The translations under genes were made by a program, and so were the position numbers. A stretch of DNA of 64,000 nucleotides from Camelus ferus (taxonomy: Eukaryota), in contig NC_045697.1 in the NCBI RefSeq assembly GCF_009834535.1, positions 61,010,001 to 61,074,000 on the forward strand, written 5' to 3'. The first letter of the stretch is position 1, and every line of letters begins with the position of its first letter. The notes beneath the pieces were generated by a model. That model was given only the letters and a program-made list of their open reading frames with translations. It made no database searches and was not told where the DNA came from. Of this stretch, positions 1 to 13,285 are shown piece by piece.

Positions 1-469
1 AGCAGACTGATTTCATTTTCATTGCCATTTTTCAGTAACTGTATTCCCCAGCCCCATCCCCCAGAAGGATAAGATTCAGCTGGTAATTAATTTTATAAAA
101 ATTAGAAGAAGAAAGAAATCTTTTTATTCTGTTCTTCTCTTTGTCTATTCCAATTGTTACAGTCTTTCAAGGATGAGTATGCTGGATATTGTTTTTTATT
201 CATTTTCATTTTTCTATATGGGTTGAAAGTAATTTATCTTAAAGCCAAGATATGAAGAAAATAAACTGTGGGAGGGCACATTGGTAACAGTCCCTTCAGT
301 CTTTCTGTGGAACACTGTGTAAAAGAGAGAAATTCTAAGGGGAAAATTATGTAATTTCACATTCAGTTTCTGGAAATAGTCACCAATGAGGGTATTTAGA
401 CAAGTTGCTTTGCAATTCTTGGAGTTACAAGGAAGGAATTAGAAGGTCAACATAACTTCGTGTTTAATA

Positions 470-665
470 GTGTAGCCACTAATGCCAGCTTGCTGAGGTC
501 AAATTCATAGCTGTGTGACTTTGGGCAAATAATTTACCCTTTCTCGGAGCTTTAGTCTCCTTAATTATAAGGTGGGAATGGTAACAGAGCTAAGTGAATT
601 CTGATATGTGTAAGAAAGAATAATTCTTGGTACATAGTAAGGATCTTCAAAAGTGTGGGCAATTA
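470..665 (+). mobile_element. MIR SINE fragment
   Basis: MIR core-like 'agctgtgtgactttgggcaaataatttaccctttctcggagctttagtctccttaattataaggtgggaatggtaa'. Confidence 0.8.
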
Positions 666-1001
666 TTATTATGTATTTTATTTTCATTTAAAAATTACTC
701 CATTCACTAAATTATACAAAATCATCTCCTGAAAAAGAAACTTTGGGAGAAAAGATACACACACACTTATATCACTAAGCTTAGGGCAAAAGGATCATAA
801 TACCCTAAAGTGCTGTGATGTGGAAAACTCACACTCAACCTTTCATTACCGAGGCAGTCCCTCAGGAAATAAAAATGTATACTAATTACAATAGATTTTC
901 CTGTTTATCCTTGTGCAGCATTTTTGATCCTCCTTCTCCTGGGAGTTGCTATTTCCAGGACTCATATGAAATGTATTTATCCAAACAGTATAGTGGGAGA
1001 A

Positions 1002-1433
1002 TGTAACTGATACCGTCATGCAATTCCCCAATATCCCTTCAGGACCAAAGGACTTTTCTTGGCTCCTGTGAGTGCTGATGGTGAAACACTCTCAGCTATC
1101 TGCCTTCTTGTATGGCTCCTTGGGCTGATGGTAGTAGACCTGCCTAAGGCCAGGTCCCTTCTTGGGACAATAGCATCCAAATGGCTGATGGACATGACAA
1201 GGGTTTGAAGGGTTAGCCCCCTTCCTCTAAACAGACAACTTTAGGTGGCCTGCCAGCTCTGGCACTTCCTGTGGGTTGCCTGAAGCATTTACTGCAGACC
1301 AGCTTGTCCCTTGACCCATTCTTATTGCTGTCTTTCTCTTCCAAAGGAGTTGACCCAAAGAGCAGTCTCTAGTAATACCTGATCTCTAATCTCTGTATCA
1401 AATTCTGCATCTCAGGGAATCTGATCTCTGATA
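1002..1433 (+). mobile_element. Old ERVL solo LTR, LTR16-like
   Basis: Starts TG, 'cccttcaggaccaaaggac...ctctcagct', 3' end 'tctgcatctcagggaatctgatctctgata' resembles LTR16 terminus; no clear TSD. Confidence 0.65.
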
Positions 1434-1794
1434 TGAGGTGAAGCAATTCCAAGTGGTACCCAATGTAATACCAAGAGAATGGCCCCTGAGCTTCAGTAGA
1501 ATGGAGGTGAAAGATCTGAAACAGAAAGAGACCCAGGTCCTAAAAGGCAAGGGCATTAGACAGAACATTTGCACAAAATTGGATGGAGTTCACATGTGTT
1601 TTATTTTTCTGTGTTGTGGGGGAAAAGCCAAAAGAGTTGTACTTGGCAGTGATGAGTATGGAGAGGATTTCAATTTAAAAAGACAGACTTTTAAAAAGAA
1701 TTAGCAGGTAATGTAAGAAAAGGGGTAGTGGAGAACTGGAAGAATGCTACCCTATCTCTTAGAATTTGGAAGAATGATAAAATCTTAGTAGTTT

Positions 1795-2143
1795 TTTCTT
1801 AGTCAACTCAGACTGCTACAACTGGTTACCATAGACATTTATTTCTTACTGTTCTGGAGGTTGGAAAGTCTGAGATTAGAATGCCCACAGCCTCCGTGTC
1901 TGGTGCGAGCTCTCTTCCTGGTTTACAGATGGCCCCCTTCTTGCTGTATCCTCACATGGCAGAGGGGGCTGTGTCTCTTGCTCTTCATACAAGGACATCA
2001 GTCCCATCTTGGGGGATCCACCCTCATGGCCTCATCTAAACCTGATTACTTCCCAAAGGTCTCACATTCAAATACCATCATGTTGGAGATAGAGGCTCCA
2101 GCACATAAATTTTCAAGGGGACACAAACATTCAGTCTATAGCA
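1795..2143 (-). mobile_element. MaLR solo LTR, MLT1A-like
   Basis: 'tcttagtc...atttatttcttactgttctggagg...ggggacacaaacattcagtctatagca'; degenerate 5-bp TSD agttt/agtgt. Confidence 0.85.
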
Positions 2144-4279
2144 AGTGTGGAGAATAAAAGAAAACCTTACCTTACCTGGGAAAAGGTAGTTTTCACGTCA
2201 GACAAAGAAATGGGGCAAACATTCTTCTTATAAGTAAAGACCATGAGAATATTTTATTGGCAGTATAACAGGTATTTTATAGAAAGGCAATGGAAAAAGT
2301 TTAGGAAAAAATAAAATAAAAAGGCCCAAGTCAAATAGGAAAGTAGCTGGATTGGACTGAATAAGGAAGAATAAATTTGCAAGCAGGGGTCCCTATAAAT
2401 GAAAATTATTGTGCAGACTTTTAAAGCCTGTGGATCTTACAAATGAAGGAATAAATTGCAATCATAGACAAGGACAGTGTCAAAAAAACAAGCTATCATA
2501 AGGGGTCTACTTACATAGAGGATGGTATTTATAACTAAATGCTTCAAAACCAAGAATTTTAAAACATGTGTTTGACTGCAATAAGAGAATATGTCATCAA
2601 AATGATTCAAACAGAAAATCCACTTAGTTAGTTCACATAATTAGAGCAATGACTTAAAGGTGTCATAAGAACCTGAACTCTTTCTACATTTTGGCTTAAC
2701 GTTTGCCTACAGTTTACTCTAGCTACAAATTACAGCTTTTTCCCATGCTTGTTGCCTGTGGGACAGTAGAAGGCTGCAACAGTTATTGTATCTCTGTTTA
2801 CCCCAGATATTCTCTAGTAGACATCTCACAACTTATACTCCAGAAGCGACCAAGAGTGAAACTAGAAAGTGAGTATTTAAGTATGTGGCACACAGTAGAA
2901 AATAACACTTGTTGACTTAGCCTCACTCCCCAAGGATGCTTTCAAATCACAGTCTCTAAAGAGGCCGTGGATATCACCATTCAGACTTCAGCTGGAGAAT
3001 CAGGGTGTGAGTAGGCTAGAACGGTGAGTGTTGGATACAGCGCTGGGTCTCGAGGCTAAGGGTCAAACAAACAAACGAAATCACCAATTTTTTGGTATGA
3101 TCATCATTGTTTCTACAGATATTATTAAATAAATGCAACCATCTGAAAGTGAAATAAAATTCTCAGCAGAAAACAAGGCCATCCCTTGTCTAGTGAAAGA
3201 ACAGAATCAGGCTTTAAGTTTGGAAACTCATTTTTGGCATTACCGTCTACTTGTAGTGTGTCAATAATTATCATTTGACCTCTGTGAAACCTGGTTTTCC
3301 TTGTTATTGGCAATAAAAATAATGTCACTTTACTTAGGAGGTTTGTTTCAAAGAGTAGTAAGGTATTATCTTTAAAAGGCTTTGTGCTACTTAAAGAACA
3401 GTGCTATTGGATTTTTTTCTTTTCTTTTTTTAATCCCTGGAGTTTTCTCCTTCTATGAAGTGTGTGGAGACTTTGTCAGATAAAAGAATTTTAACCTAAG
3501 AGTGAATCCAAAAGTGAGTCTTTATGATTATGGTTTTTATGTCTCAATACATGTACGCTGGGTGCAGACATCTGTCAGGAAGGGATACAAACCATACTAC
3601 TTACCAGTATGACTGCTCCTGCAATATGGTTCACATTCTTAAATTAACAACAAGCATTTATTTATTTTCAAAATTGGCAGTCCCAACTACTAATGTAAAA
3701 AATATTCAATTGTAAATAAATGACTCATTTTATATGATATGCTCACTTCTCAGAAATTCCCCAGAAGCATATGTTAGGTAAATATAAAAAAAGTAAACTG
3801 GAGAAACCATGGAAATAGTATGTTGTGTTAGTGTTTTCTTATCAGGCATACTAAGAGTTGCATTAATTATGTTATTTTACAAAGCATTCATAAGATAGAT
3901 GTCTTCTTTTTTGTCAATGATGCACAAAACATCATATAAGTCTTTTAAAGATTGCTTTCCTCATATGCCTTTATAAACCTGTAGAACATACAGAGGCAAG
4001 AAAGGACAAATATTGTTCTGTTTCTACCTTTCTATTCTTACTTTCCAATAAATTAAATGATTTTCCAATATCCTATTATGATTTAGATAATAGATGAAAA
4101 AAGAAAAAGAAAAAACTATATTCTTCCTTAATCCTACCCTCCCATTGTATCTCTATTCCCTTTCCTTTGAGTGATAGGGTGTTCTCATTTAAGTGGCAAT
4201 TTTGCTTGACTGTAAACAGGCCCTTTGGGAATGGGAACCACATGTCCTCCCTCAAGAAACCTTGAGCTCATCACGATAA

Positions 4280-4362
4280 GACTGTCTTATTTATCTCTGC
4301 ATCACTAGTATCTACCACATTGTCTAGCAGGATGCATTTAAGTATTTCCTTATTTAATAAAT
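4280..4362 (+). mobile_element. L2 3' end fragment
   Basis: 'actgtcttatttatctctgcatcactagtatctaccacattgtct...aagtattt'. Confidence 0.6.
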
Positions 4363-5059
4363 ATGCAAGGACTACTGTTGTCATCAAAAGCAATAGAAAG
4401 ATTGTCATTCTGGTTCTTAGCTTTGATAAACAGACAGTAACTACAAGCGCTTCTATCTGATAGGTTGTTTTCCAGACTCTTTGGAATGTGAAGCAGATAC
4501 TCAATTTGTCTCTCTACTCCTCTCATGTCTTAAAAAAAAAAAAAAAAACCCAAAAAAACCCCAGAATTTTATTTTTTACTAGTAATGATGGAAAAAATGA
4601 AAACAGGATGACGATATAAATAGCAACATAGGGAGTTTTGTATACACAAGAAACCTTCGGAGAACTGGTTAATGCCAACACTTAAAGATAAATGGCGCTT
4701 GACTTACAATTCTTCAACTCCCCTCATGTTCTTCCATTTACCTGTCTTAAATGTCAGTCAGTCCAAACCATCTATGGCTTTAATTCTCCAGTCTGTAATC
4801 CTTCATCTCACCACCCACTCCAACTGCCCCTTGAGACCAGTGAGAATGCATGGTATACAGCAAATGCACACCAACATTCATGCACTGTTTGAACAACAGG
4901 GAAATGGTATCCAGTGTAATCATTTTTGTTTTTTAAAGTAGACTTCTTAGACTCAAAGAGATATGATGTGAAATGGAGCAGCAAGCAGTTAATGGCTGAC
5001 ACATGGCTCCACATGAAAGGGGAAAGCATTAAAGAGAATGTGTGTCAAATAAAACTAAA

Positions 5060-5260
5060 ATTTATTGAGCACCAACCAAATGCCAGGCTTTTTACAAACA
5101 TCATCTCACTTAATTATTCCATAGCAATATATTGTAGTATTTATTATCACCACTTCACAGATGCACAGATGAAGCAGTGGAGTTTCAGAAAGGTTAAAAT
5201 AACTATTGAAGTCACATAACTCAAATTTTAACCTAAATCTGCTTGGGTTCAAAGTCTTTT
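5060..5260 (-). mobile_element. MIR SINE
   Basis: 'tttattgagcacc...tgccagg...cacttcacagatg...aggttaaaataact...agtcaca'. Confidence 0.8.
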
Positions 5261-6854
5261 CTATCTCCAAGAAAATCACCCTGCCTCCAAAAATTTATTC
5301 CTGCAGTTTCAATAATAATTTCTAAGTCATGTTCTAATGTGATCCTATGTTTCTTTTGGTGAGAAATAATGTGATACCAAACTCATAAAAAGGCAGAGCA
5401 AACCATGTATTCCTTTTGATTAGAGCTGATAAATATCATGTGTTTATATTGTAAAACAAAGAGATGATAATACATATGCTAACACCTCAGGTTGTCAATT
5501 AACTAGTTTGAAGTTTAATATATCAGAGCTATAATTTAAATAATTGTACTCTTCTCAGGCCCAGGTTTTTTTGTGGTTTTTTTTTTGTTTGTTTGTTTGT
5601 TTAGCTACTTTGGCATATGGCTTTGTCTTCCAGAAGATTGAGAGCTGCAGATTACAGGAAACTTGCACTATTTATTACTTTACCACCATCTATCTCTGAA
5701 TACAAAGTCTGGGTTATAGCTGCTAATCAGTCAATGAACAATGGAAAAATGGATATTCTACAGTCTCTCTAGTTTTACTTGCTGCTCCATTTCACATCAC
5801 ATCTCTTTGAGTTTTACTGATTGCTATTTCAAAAAACAACTCAGAAGTGCTCTTTGAGAAGTACAGGCTACCCATGGCCTCTTCCTTCCTCACAAAGGAC
5901 TAATACATGACCTTGAAGGGTTAGAGAGAAGAAATAGGGGAAAAGAGAAAAAAAGAAAAAAGACTAAGGCCTATCCTTCTAAAAATAGTATTTCCACTCA
6001 TATTTGAAGATTTCAGTCATGCTTTCCATTGAGAACCAAAAGAATCTGTATACTCATGTTGTAGAAGAGGACAGAAGTTAGGTATATTTGTTCTTCCACA
6101 TCCTTTTGTTTGATAGATGAAATAATGCTTCCCACTTACACACTGACTTTGGCATCTGAAGTTTAAGGTAAAGAGTTATGTTTATTGACAAAAAATAAAG
6201 AAGGAGACTACTCTCTGATGTTTCAAAAACGTCATTTCGCACAGGGCTAGCATCTATTCTGCACTATTATGACAAGTCAAAGAACAAATTTTACCCTGCA
6301 CACACCATAGCAAATATAATGATTCCTTACAAATGGATGAGCCTCTGCATGCATTGGAAAGATATGAATAAGCTCATATCTTATTTATGCTCAAAATTAG
6401 ATTCTATAACTTCAGTAGAGCACCCATTAAGTAATCTATGCCAAATGACTTCATGTGAAGTTCAAATGCAACAAATTATACTATAAGCTGAAAGTCTGAC
6501 TAATAGAATTTGTTTGCTAAAATGAGGCAGGAACACACAAGCTTCTGAGACAGAGAATTATACTTTAGCAAATATTTTGGAACAATTTTTCATATTATTT
6601 CAAATTGGATTTTGGTCCATGTGTATATCCCATCAAGTCAGGAATGAATCTCTACTTAGACTACTAGAAGGAGGCCAGCAGTAGTGAATGGTTTGAGCTG
6701 CATGGGGTTTATTTCTGCTTCAGTATCATCTAAAGATTTTCACAGATAAAGTTACTAACTTTGGAATGTTAAGTGTGGCCCAGTTCTGAAAAACTGGTCA
6801 ATATGTAAGATTCCTCAGTCAATGGAAGCCTAAATGTATTTGTACAATTTAAAG

Positions 6855-7107
6855 TGGGAAGGGACAGACTGGGAGTTCGAAATTTGTAGATACTGACAGG
6901 TATATATAGAATAGATAAACAAGATTATACTGTATAACACAGGGAAATATATGCAAGATCTTGTGGTAGCTCATAGTGGAAAGGAATGCGACAATGAATA
7001 TATATATGTACATGTGTAATTGGAAAATTGTGCTCTACACTGGAATTTGACACAACATTGTAAAATGACTACAACTCAATAAAATTTAAATAAATAAATA
7101 AATAAAG
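6855..7107 (+). mobile_element. Young 5'-truncated L1, 3' UTR only, (TAAA)n tail
   Basis: Homologous to the other L1 3' UTRs in the window ('aatagataaacaag...acacagggaa...acattgtaaa'), AATAAA then (TAAA)n. Confidence 0.9.
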
Positions 7108-7291
7108 CAATGACTCTCAAACTTGATCATGCATCAGAATCAGCCAAAGGGCTTATTAAAACACAGATAGCTAGACCCAACTCCCACGTTTATGCAAGTC
7201 TTGGGTGGGACTGAGAATTGACATTTCTAACAAGTCTCCAGTTAACAATGGCAGTGATGCTGATCTGGAGACCACACTTCGAGAACGACTC
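7108..7291. mobile_element. MER5A hAT-Charlie MITE
   Basis: TIR-like ends 'caatgactctcaaact' / 'acttcgagaacgactc'; internal 'tgcatcagaatca', 'catttctaacaag'. Confidence 0.85.
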
Positions 7292-7300
7292 ATTAAAAGG

Positions 7301-7488
7301 CAGATGCCTCAAGGTGCAGTCTACTTCCTGACTTCACCCTAGTAATAAGGGGTGCTGAGTAAGTTGAAGATTCCCAGATGCCATGCCAGATTTACTAGAT
7401 CGGGACATCCAGGATAAGACCCAGAGGTCTGCATTTTTAACAAGAGTTCCAAATAGTTCTGATGCACACTACAATTTGAGAATCTCTG
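7301..7488. mobile_element. Second MER5-family MITE (MER5B/A-like)
   Basis: 'tctgcatttttaacaag...ttctgatgcacactacaatttgagaatctctg'. Confidence 0.75.
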
Positions 7489-7594
7489 TTCTTGAGATTC
7501 TGACATTTTGCTCAGATTCTAACACACGAAGTTGCTTTCAAGCCTCTGTATGTTGTTCAGTGTTCCCTGTGGAAAAATTGCTCTCTTCACTGTT

Positions 7595-7600
<6 letters not shown>

Positions 7601-7628
<28 letters not shown>
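7601..7628. repeat. Poly(T)28 tract
   Basis: Directly visible. Confidence 0.95.
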
Positions 7629-9344
7629 CATTTTTCAGGACCCAGATCAAATATCCCTTCTTTATAAAACATTCCCTGTAAGGGAGATTAATTTCTCCCT
7701 CAATTCTAGTAGCAGTCACTGCATCATATGTTCACGTTTCTTCCCAAGAAAGATGAGGTTCTAGACTGAGAAAAACAGTATTGCATTTTTTCACTGAGTT
7801 TTGCGTCATTAGGCAAGGGACACATTAAGCCATCAGGAAAATATTGTGACTCTAATAAAAATGAAGAGACACAAACTTGAAAACTCAATAAACTGAACTT
7901 AACATTTTGCAGTACAGAAAAATTCACTTTCATAATTATAATGACTAGACTATTTCAAATGAACATGAGAATTTTTGTTTCAGTGTAAAATTGTTTTCTG
8001 TACTTTTAATGAATGTACATGTGCAAAAACACATGCTTGTGCACCTTTTTCTGACCTTTTCAAAACTTCTCATTGACTTTTTTAAGGAATTGCATTGTCT
8101 ATTCAATGAGTTTCTGCCCTCTTCATTTGCCTTTTTTTCCCCCCATTTGTCTAATTCTAACAGCTGCTGCTTTGGGTAACATCTGTTCTCTATTAACTCC
8201 TCAGAAAAATATTTTTGAGAGGTCATAGGATCTGAGCTGTGATAAACTTGTAGACTTGGCCTAAAAGGCTTGATCAGTGGATTATGGTGTGATTTCATAT
8301 CCTAAGATGCTTTAGGTATTATGACTTATCTATAGTTCAAAAGAAGCCTATAAGGATTTCAAAGATGATATAATCATTAACAAAACAGAGTAAATATTTG
8401 AATAATGCCAAGCTCTTACCATTTCAACTTCATTTCTGTTATGATAATGACTTTACTCAGTTGGTAATTATTCCTATGGTATCTTTCTTTCTTCTTTCCC
8501 CTTTGAAATGAGGAACATTAGCAAAACAGAATCAAGGAAGAACAGGAAGCAGAGAAGCTTGTCCCTAAAAATGAAAAGAACATTTTGGTAGGACTAGAAC
8601 AGTAGATAGTACATCAGAGATCATTATGTATCTGAACTATGGTACCCTACGGATCTAATGGTAACATCAAGGATTCAGTTATGTTGGTTACATAATTTAG
8701 TAAATAAATATCGGCTACAGAAAACATGATAAACACATACAAAATAAATCTGGTGCTAAAAGGTAGGGGAAACTCTGAACTAAAATATGCACCAGTAGTG
8801 CAACTGGTTTATTATTTGTTTAGAATCCACTCCCCCATTATTTTACTATGCTAGTGAAGTAGTAGAAATCCACCTTTCCAATAAACTTGCAATACTGAGC
8901 ACTTTATTTATATTTTATTGAATTATTTCAAATCATCTCTAATAGCTAACCTTGTGGGGAGAGGAAAGATCAGGCAGCTGTAAGAATTTGTAAAGGCAGC
9001 GTCCTCTAGATTTTGAGACTGGAATCCTAAATGAAAAGCAGGAATTATTGTTTCTGACAAGTCTTGTTAACTTCAGAATAGATACATACGGTGAGAAATC
9101 TCAGCTCTCTCTAGAGTTTCCTGTGGCGTAGTGATGCAGAAACCAAACAAGGATATTTGTGAATCAAAAGAAAAGTAAAAATCATGAAGCCTTGAAGAGA
9201 CAATTCATCTAAACAAGACTTCACTTCCTTACTCAGGCATACCTAAATACTTAAGACATTATAAATGGGGTATGAATATAAATTTTTATAAATAAGCTTC
9301 CCTCCCTCCAAATAGATATTGAGGGCTAATGAGAAGAGGGTAGG

Positions 9345-9520
9345 ATTCCAAACCAGGAAATCATGCATTTGAATCAGAGCTTTGTCCCTTAATATCTATG
9401 TTCTATAAGACGGGACACTTACTATTCCTTCAACATGGGTGGGCGCAGCATCCTAATTCTATGTGAGACTTCAGTGAAATAATACATCATAAAATATTTT
9501 TTAAACTATAAGCAACTATA
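9345..9520 (+). mobile_element. Degenerate MIR
   Basis: 'tttgaatcagagctttgtcccttaatatct...ctatgtgagact tcagtgaaataatac'. Confidence 0.5.
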
Positions 9521-9564
9521 TGAAGCAACTGTAAGTTGATTAAAACTTTTAAAGATTTACTATT

Positions 9565-9675
9565 TTGTAAAAAAGGGCAGAGACAAAAGAGTACATAATT
9601 TAGAATTCCTTTATATGAAATTCAAGAATTGATTTACAGTGTGAGAAGTCAAAATTGTTGTTACCTGGGAGAAAG
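9565..9675 (+). mobile_element. Old L1M 3' fragment
   Basis: 'agacaaaagagtacata...attcctttatatgaaattcaagaa...agaagtca...gttacct'. Confidence 0.65.
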
Positions 9676-9689
9676 AGGACGTTTTCTTC

Positions 9690-11480
9690 TTGGACCACTT
9701 AGTAGCTTAAAGTGAATGGTTTACAACATCCACTGTGACTTCCAAACCCTTCCCAGCCTCCACAGCTCCTTTGACATAAGTTTAAATGGAGCCTCAGAAC
9801 TCTGCATGTTTCTGGAAAGATTTTGTCAACTCCAATACCACCACCATTAATCTCCTTATTCTCTTTAGAGCAATTTGAATTTATGGCCAGGAGTTCAGTT
9901 CTCCCAGCTCACTCCTCATCTCCTGCACTTAAAACCTGATACGATTTTCCAAAGCCCACTTTCTGATAAACCCTACTCTTTCCCACCTCATGAAATCTTT
10001 GCACTGTAATTTCTGATGGTGATTCATCAGCAAATTCCTGACTTTTCTAAACCTCTTCATATTCTTCCTCCAAAGAAAACCAGGCTCTCCCCTAAGGACA
10101 CTGATTACCCTACAGCCCCTTAAATGGTGTTATATAGTAAAGAATTTATCTGGTCTTTATCACTAGTCCCTGGCACTGAGCTTCTAAACCCTTCGAATTT
10201 CCAGAAGTGATGAGAAGTGATGTGAGTGCCTTTTTTTTTTTTTTAAATCTTATTGGGCTCCTGGGACCATATTTGAGTTTATCTTAGAGAAGTGACTCAT
10301 GGTGGGTCCTTACATTGTTTCAGGATGGGGGCTGGGGGTCTTTCAGACAAGAAAGACCAACCATGTAAATAGAGAATTGAAACTTTGAGCCAGGTAATAT
10401 CAACCTGATCTTCAGGGAAATGAAGGGAGCTGGAGCTGAGTTAAGTTATGTGGCTAATGATTCAACCAATCATGGCTATGTAATAAAATCCCAATAAAAC
10501 TGGACATCAGAGCTCAATTGAGCTTCCTGGTTGGTGAACACATCAATGTGCCAGGAGGGTGACACCTCCTCCATGAGAGAAGACACAGAAGCTCTGCATT
10601 TGGGACCTCTAAGAGCACCCTCTATGGATCTCTTTTTTTTTTTTTTGGCTGGTTTCTGATTTATAGACCCTTAAAATAAAACTATAAGTACAGTGCTTTC
10701 CTTGGTCCTGCAAATTGTTTTAGTGAATTATTGAACCTGAGGTGGAACTCATGATTTTGTAGCATTTGTCAGAAATGTAGGTGGCCTACGGAGCCCCAAA
10801 CTTGTGACCAGTGTCTAAAGGGAAGGGGAGACTTGTGGGATTCTGTGCCTTTAAACTGTCAAATCTATGATTACTAGTTGGCATCAGAATTTCACTGCAA
10901 ATAGTGACAGTTTTCTCCAACCCTACACATGGTATTGTGTCTTCCTTATAGTCTGTTCAAGATGATTTTTCAGTACCTCCTCCATTAAACAAACATAAAT
11001 TGATTATCAGAATATACATACCGGTATCCCTTACTGTCACCGTGATCCATAGATCTTCAGTTGACTCTGTGTCACTTCTTAGAATTATTTTTTAGCTTCT
11101 GGATACCTGCATTCTCTTAAACATTCTATTCTTGATTATTCCAATACACAAATTGATCTTTTCAATGCTCTGATCCCTCAGTTCATTGAATGAATCTCCT
11201 TTATTAATATTGTTACCCTGCTGTCTCTCACCTAGACATTCACCAGTATGATCATTTCCTTGTCATTAACAGAAACTTTAACCTCTCCATAATCTCAGAT
11301 TCATGCACCCCACTCTATGAGAACTATCGCATATCTTTCTAGTTCACTGTTTTGATGCCTAAACTTCAACAATCCTTTGACATCACTAGGACATACAATA
11401 AGAAAAAAATTTTTTTCCAGGAAACATTTTTCTGAGTTTCCTAAGACATTCACATTCCCATTCTTCTCACTTCCACAACT
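9690..11480 (+). mobile_element. Internal L2 fragment split by an LTR at 10128-10899
   Basis: C/T-rich degenerate L2 body ('aaccaggctctcccctaaggacactg...ccctacagccc') that continues across the LTR. Confidence 0.6.
10128..10899 (+). mobile_element. Solo LTR, MER21-like (ERVL class)
   Basis: TG...CA termini; 5-bp TSD aatgg (10123-10127) / aatag (10900-10904); 'gagcttcctggttggtgaacacatcaatgtgccaggagggtg'. Confidence 0.85.
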
Positions 11481-11636
11481 CTTCTTCTATTTACATTCTT
11501 AGCTGTGACCATACTCCCTGTTTTACCAAAAAAATCTAAGCAAAATATTTCTACTTTAATGTTGTAAAAGTGAGTCATAAAAAGGTTAAATAAATTTATC
11601 ACATAAACAGAATTTAAGTTCAGTGACTTTAATATT

Positions 11637-11860
11637 TGTGTTAATCAGAGGCAACCACAATAATACTGCATAACAAATTGCCCCCAAATTCAGTAAGTAT
11701 AAGTAGTTATTTTAATGTTCTTGTGTGTCTAGGTTTGCTCCAATTAAGCTAGTCTATGATGGGCTTGGCTAGGCAACTCTGCCTGTGATGGGTTTATTTG
11801 TGGGCTGCTGGTTTGGTTTAGTTTTGTTCTACATGTGTTTGTTCTGAGACTTAGGTTTTC
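11637..11860 (-). mobile_element. Old MLT1 LTR fragment
   Basis: 'tgtgttaatcag...tactgcataacaaattgcccccaaattcagt'. Confidence 0.7.
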
Positions 11861-13204
11861 TTTTTGGAGTCAAATATTATGGATATTTTTTAGAAGTGGA
11901 GCTAATGCCCATTTTTACATGATAAATCCCAAGAATAAAAAGAATTCTCTTTTTTTTCTAAGATTATAGGAAAAAAGTATGTTCCCAGGTTAGAATTGAA
12001 AAAATTGTAATTCTTATCCTAGACATTTTCTGTGGATATAGCTAACTTGTTACCAGCTTTGAGCATTCTGTTGCTGCCATTTCACATTGGCACTATAGGT
12101 TAGTCACACAAAGAAAAACAACAGCAGGTCTTTTGTGAAACTTTTGGAATTTTATTTCTTCAGCCTTATCCTCACAAATGTTTGCTCATAAGAACAAAAG
12201 AGGTGATTTCATAGAAAGACCATTTCACCTTTCCTCTCTGTCCTGCACAAAGGTGGTACAAGGTGGTGAGAGGTGATCTGGTTACTAATTTTTTATGGCA
12301 GGGCATGAGTTAATTTTTTGTGATAACCTGAGTTTTTTCACCTTGGAAGGCCAATGTGTAATACTCCCCTCCCCATCTTTCCAGGCAGCACATCACATAA
12401 AACCATGGCCAGAAATCCTTTTAAAATGTACTCCTTCCTTTCTCTTGGCCTCTGTTTTGGGATTAGTAGATAATGAGTACAGAAAAATAGGTCACACAGT
12501 TCTGACCTTATGAGATATAGCTCATAATACTGAAATGTCATGGCTAGGAAAAAAAATGGGGATCATCATTTTCTCATCCTGACATTTTTCCACATCATAA
12601 CTCACAGGTACTTCATTAAAGATCAAAAATGAAATAGAGTAATAAGACTATATTGACAACCACTGTAAATAAAATTTAAATCTATGTAATATATTTGTGG
12701 TTGGGTCTTGACATTAAAGTTTGGGAATTTGACACTTGGTTATATAGATATTCATCATGAAGAAACTTAAAATATACACTAACTACACACAGAGAAGAAA
12801 AAAAAAAGATATGGTAATGTTTACAATTAGGGCTGTTAATAACTGAGAGGAAGGTGGCAGTGGCAAACACCCCCTTCTCTTGATATAGATTTTAAGTGTT
12901 ATGGATGTAAAATAAAGACATATGACCCAAATAAGGAGTCTAAAAGTATTAATATATATTAAGAAGAGCTGGAACCAAATTAGTCATCAGAACAAAACAT
13001 GGTATAATTTTGTATTTATCCTTTAAAAGACATTTCAAAAACACCTGCAACTTCAGACATCTATGAGTTTATTTTGTTAATATATATATAAATGTATCAT
13101 TTTAACTTATTAAGGAAGATATCCTTATATAAAAAATGATATAAATAACCTATGTAAATACCATTGGAAAGGTGTACATTTTAAATTTATGGTAACAGCT
13201 ATGG

Positions 13205-13285
13205 TTTCATTCATTCATTTAGTCATTCATTCACAAAGTATCAGTACTACTATGTGTCAGACATATGGTAAGTCACATAGGTCTA
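13205..13285 (-). mobile_element. L2 3' end
   Basis: 'tcattcattcatttagtcattcattcacaaagtat...actatgtgtcagaca'. Confidence 0.7.

Noticed and set aside
7639..7677. 39-nt in-frame exon candidate after poly(T)
   Set aside because: Resembles an L2 segment, the acceptor comes from a simple T run, and the donor (CCT|gtaagg) is weak.
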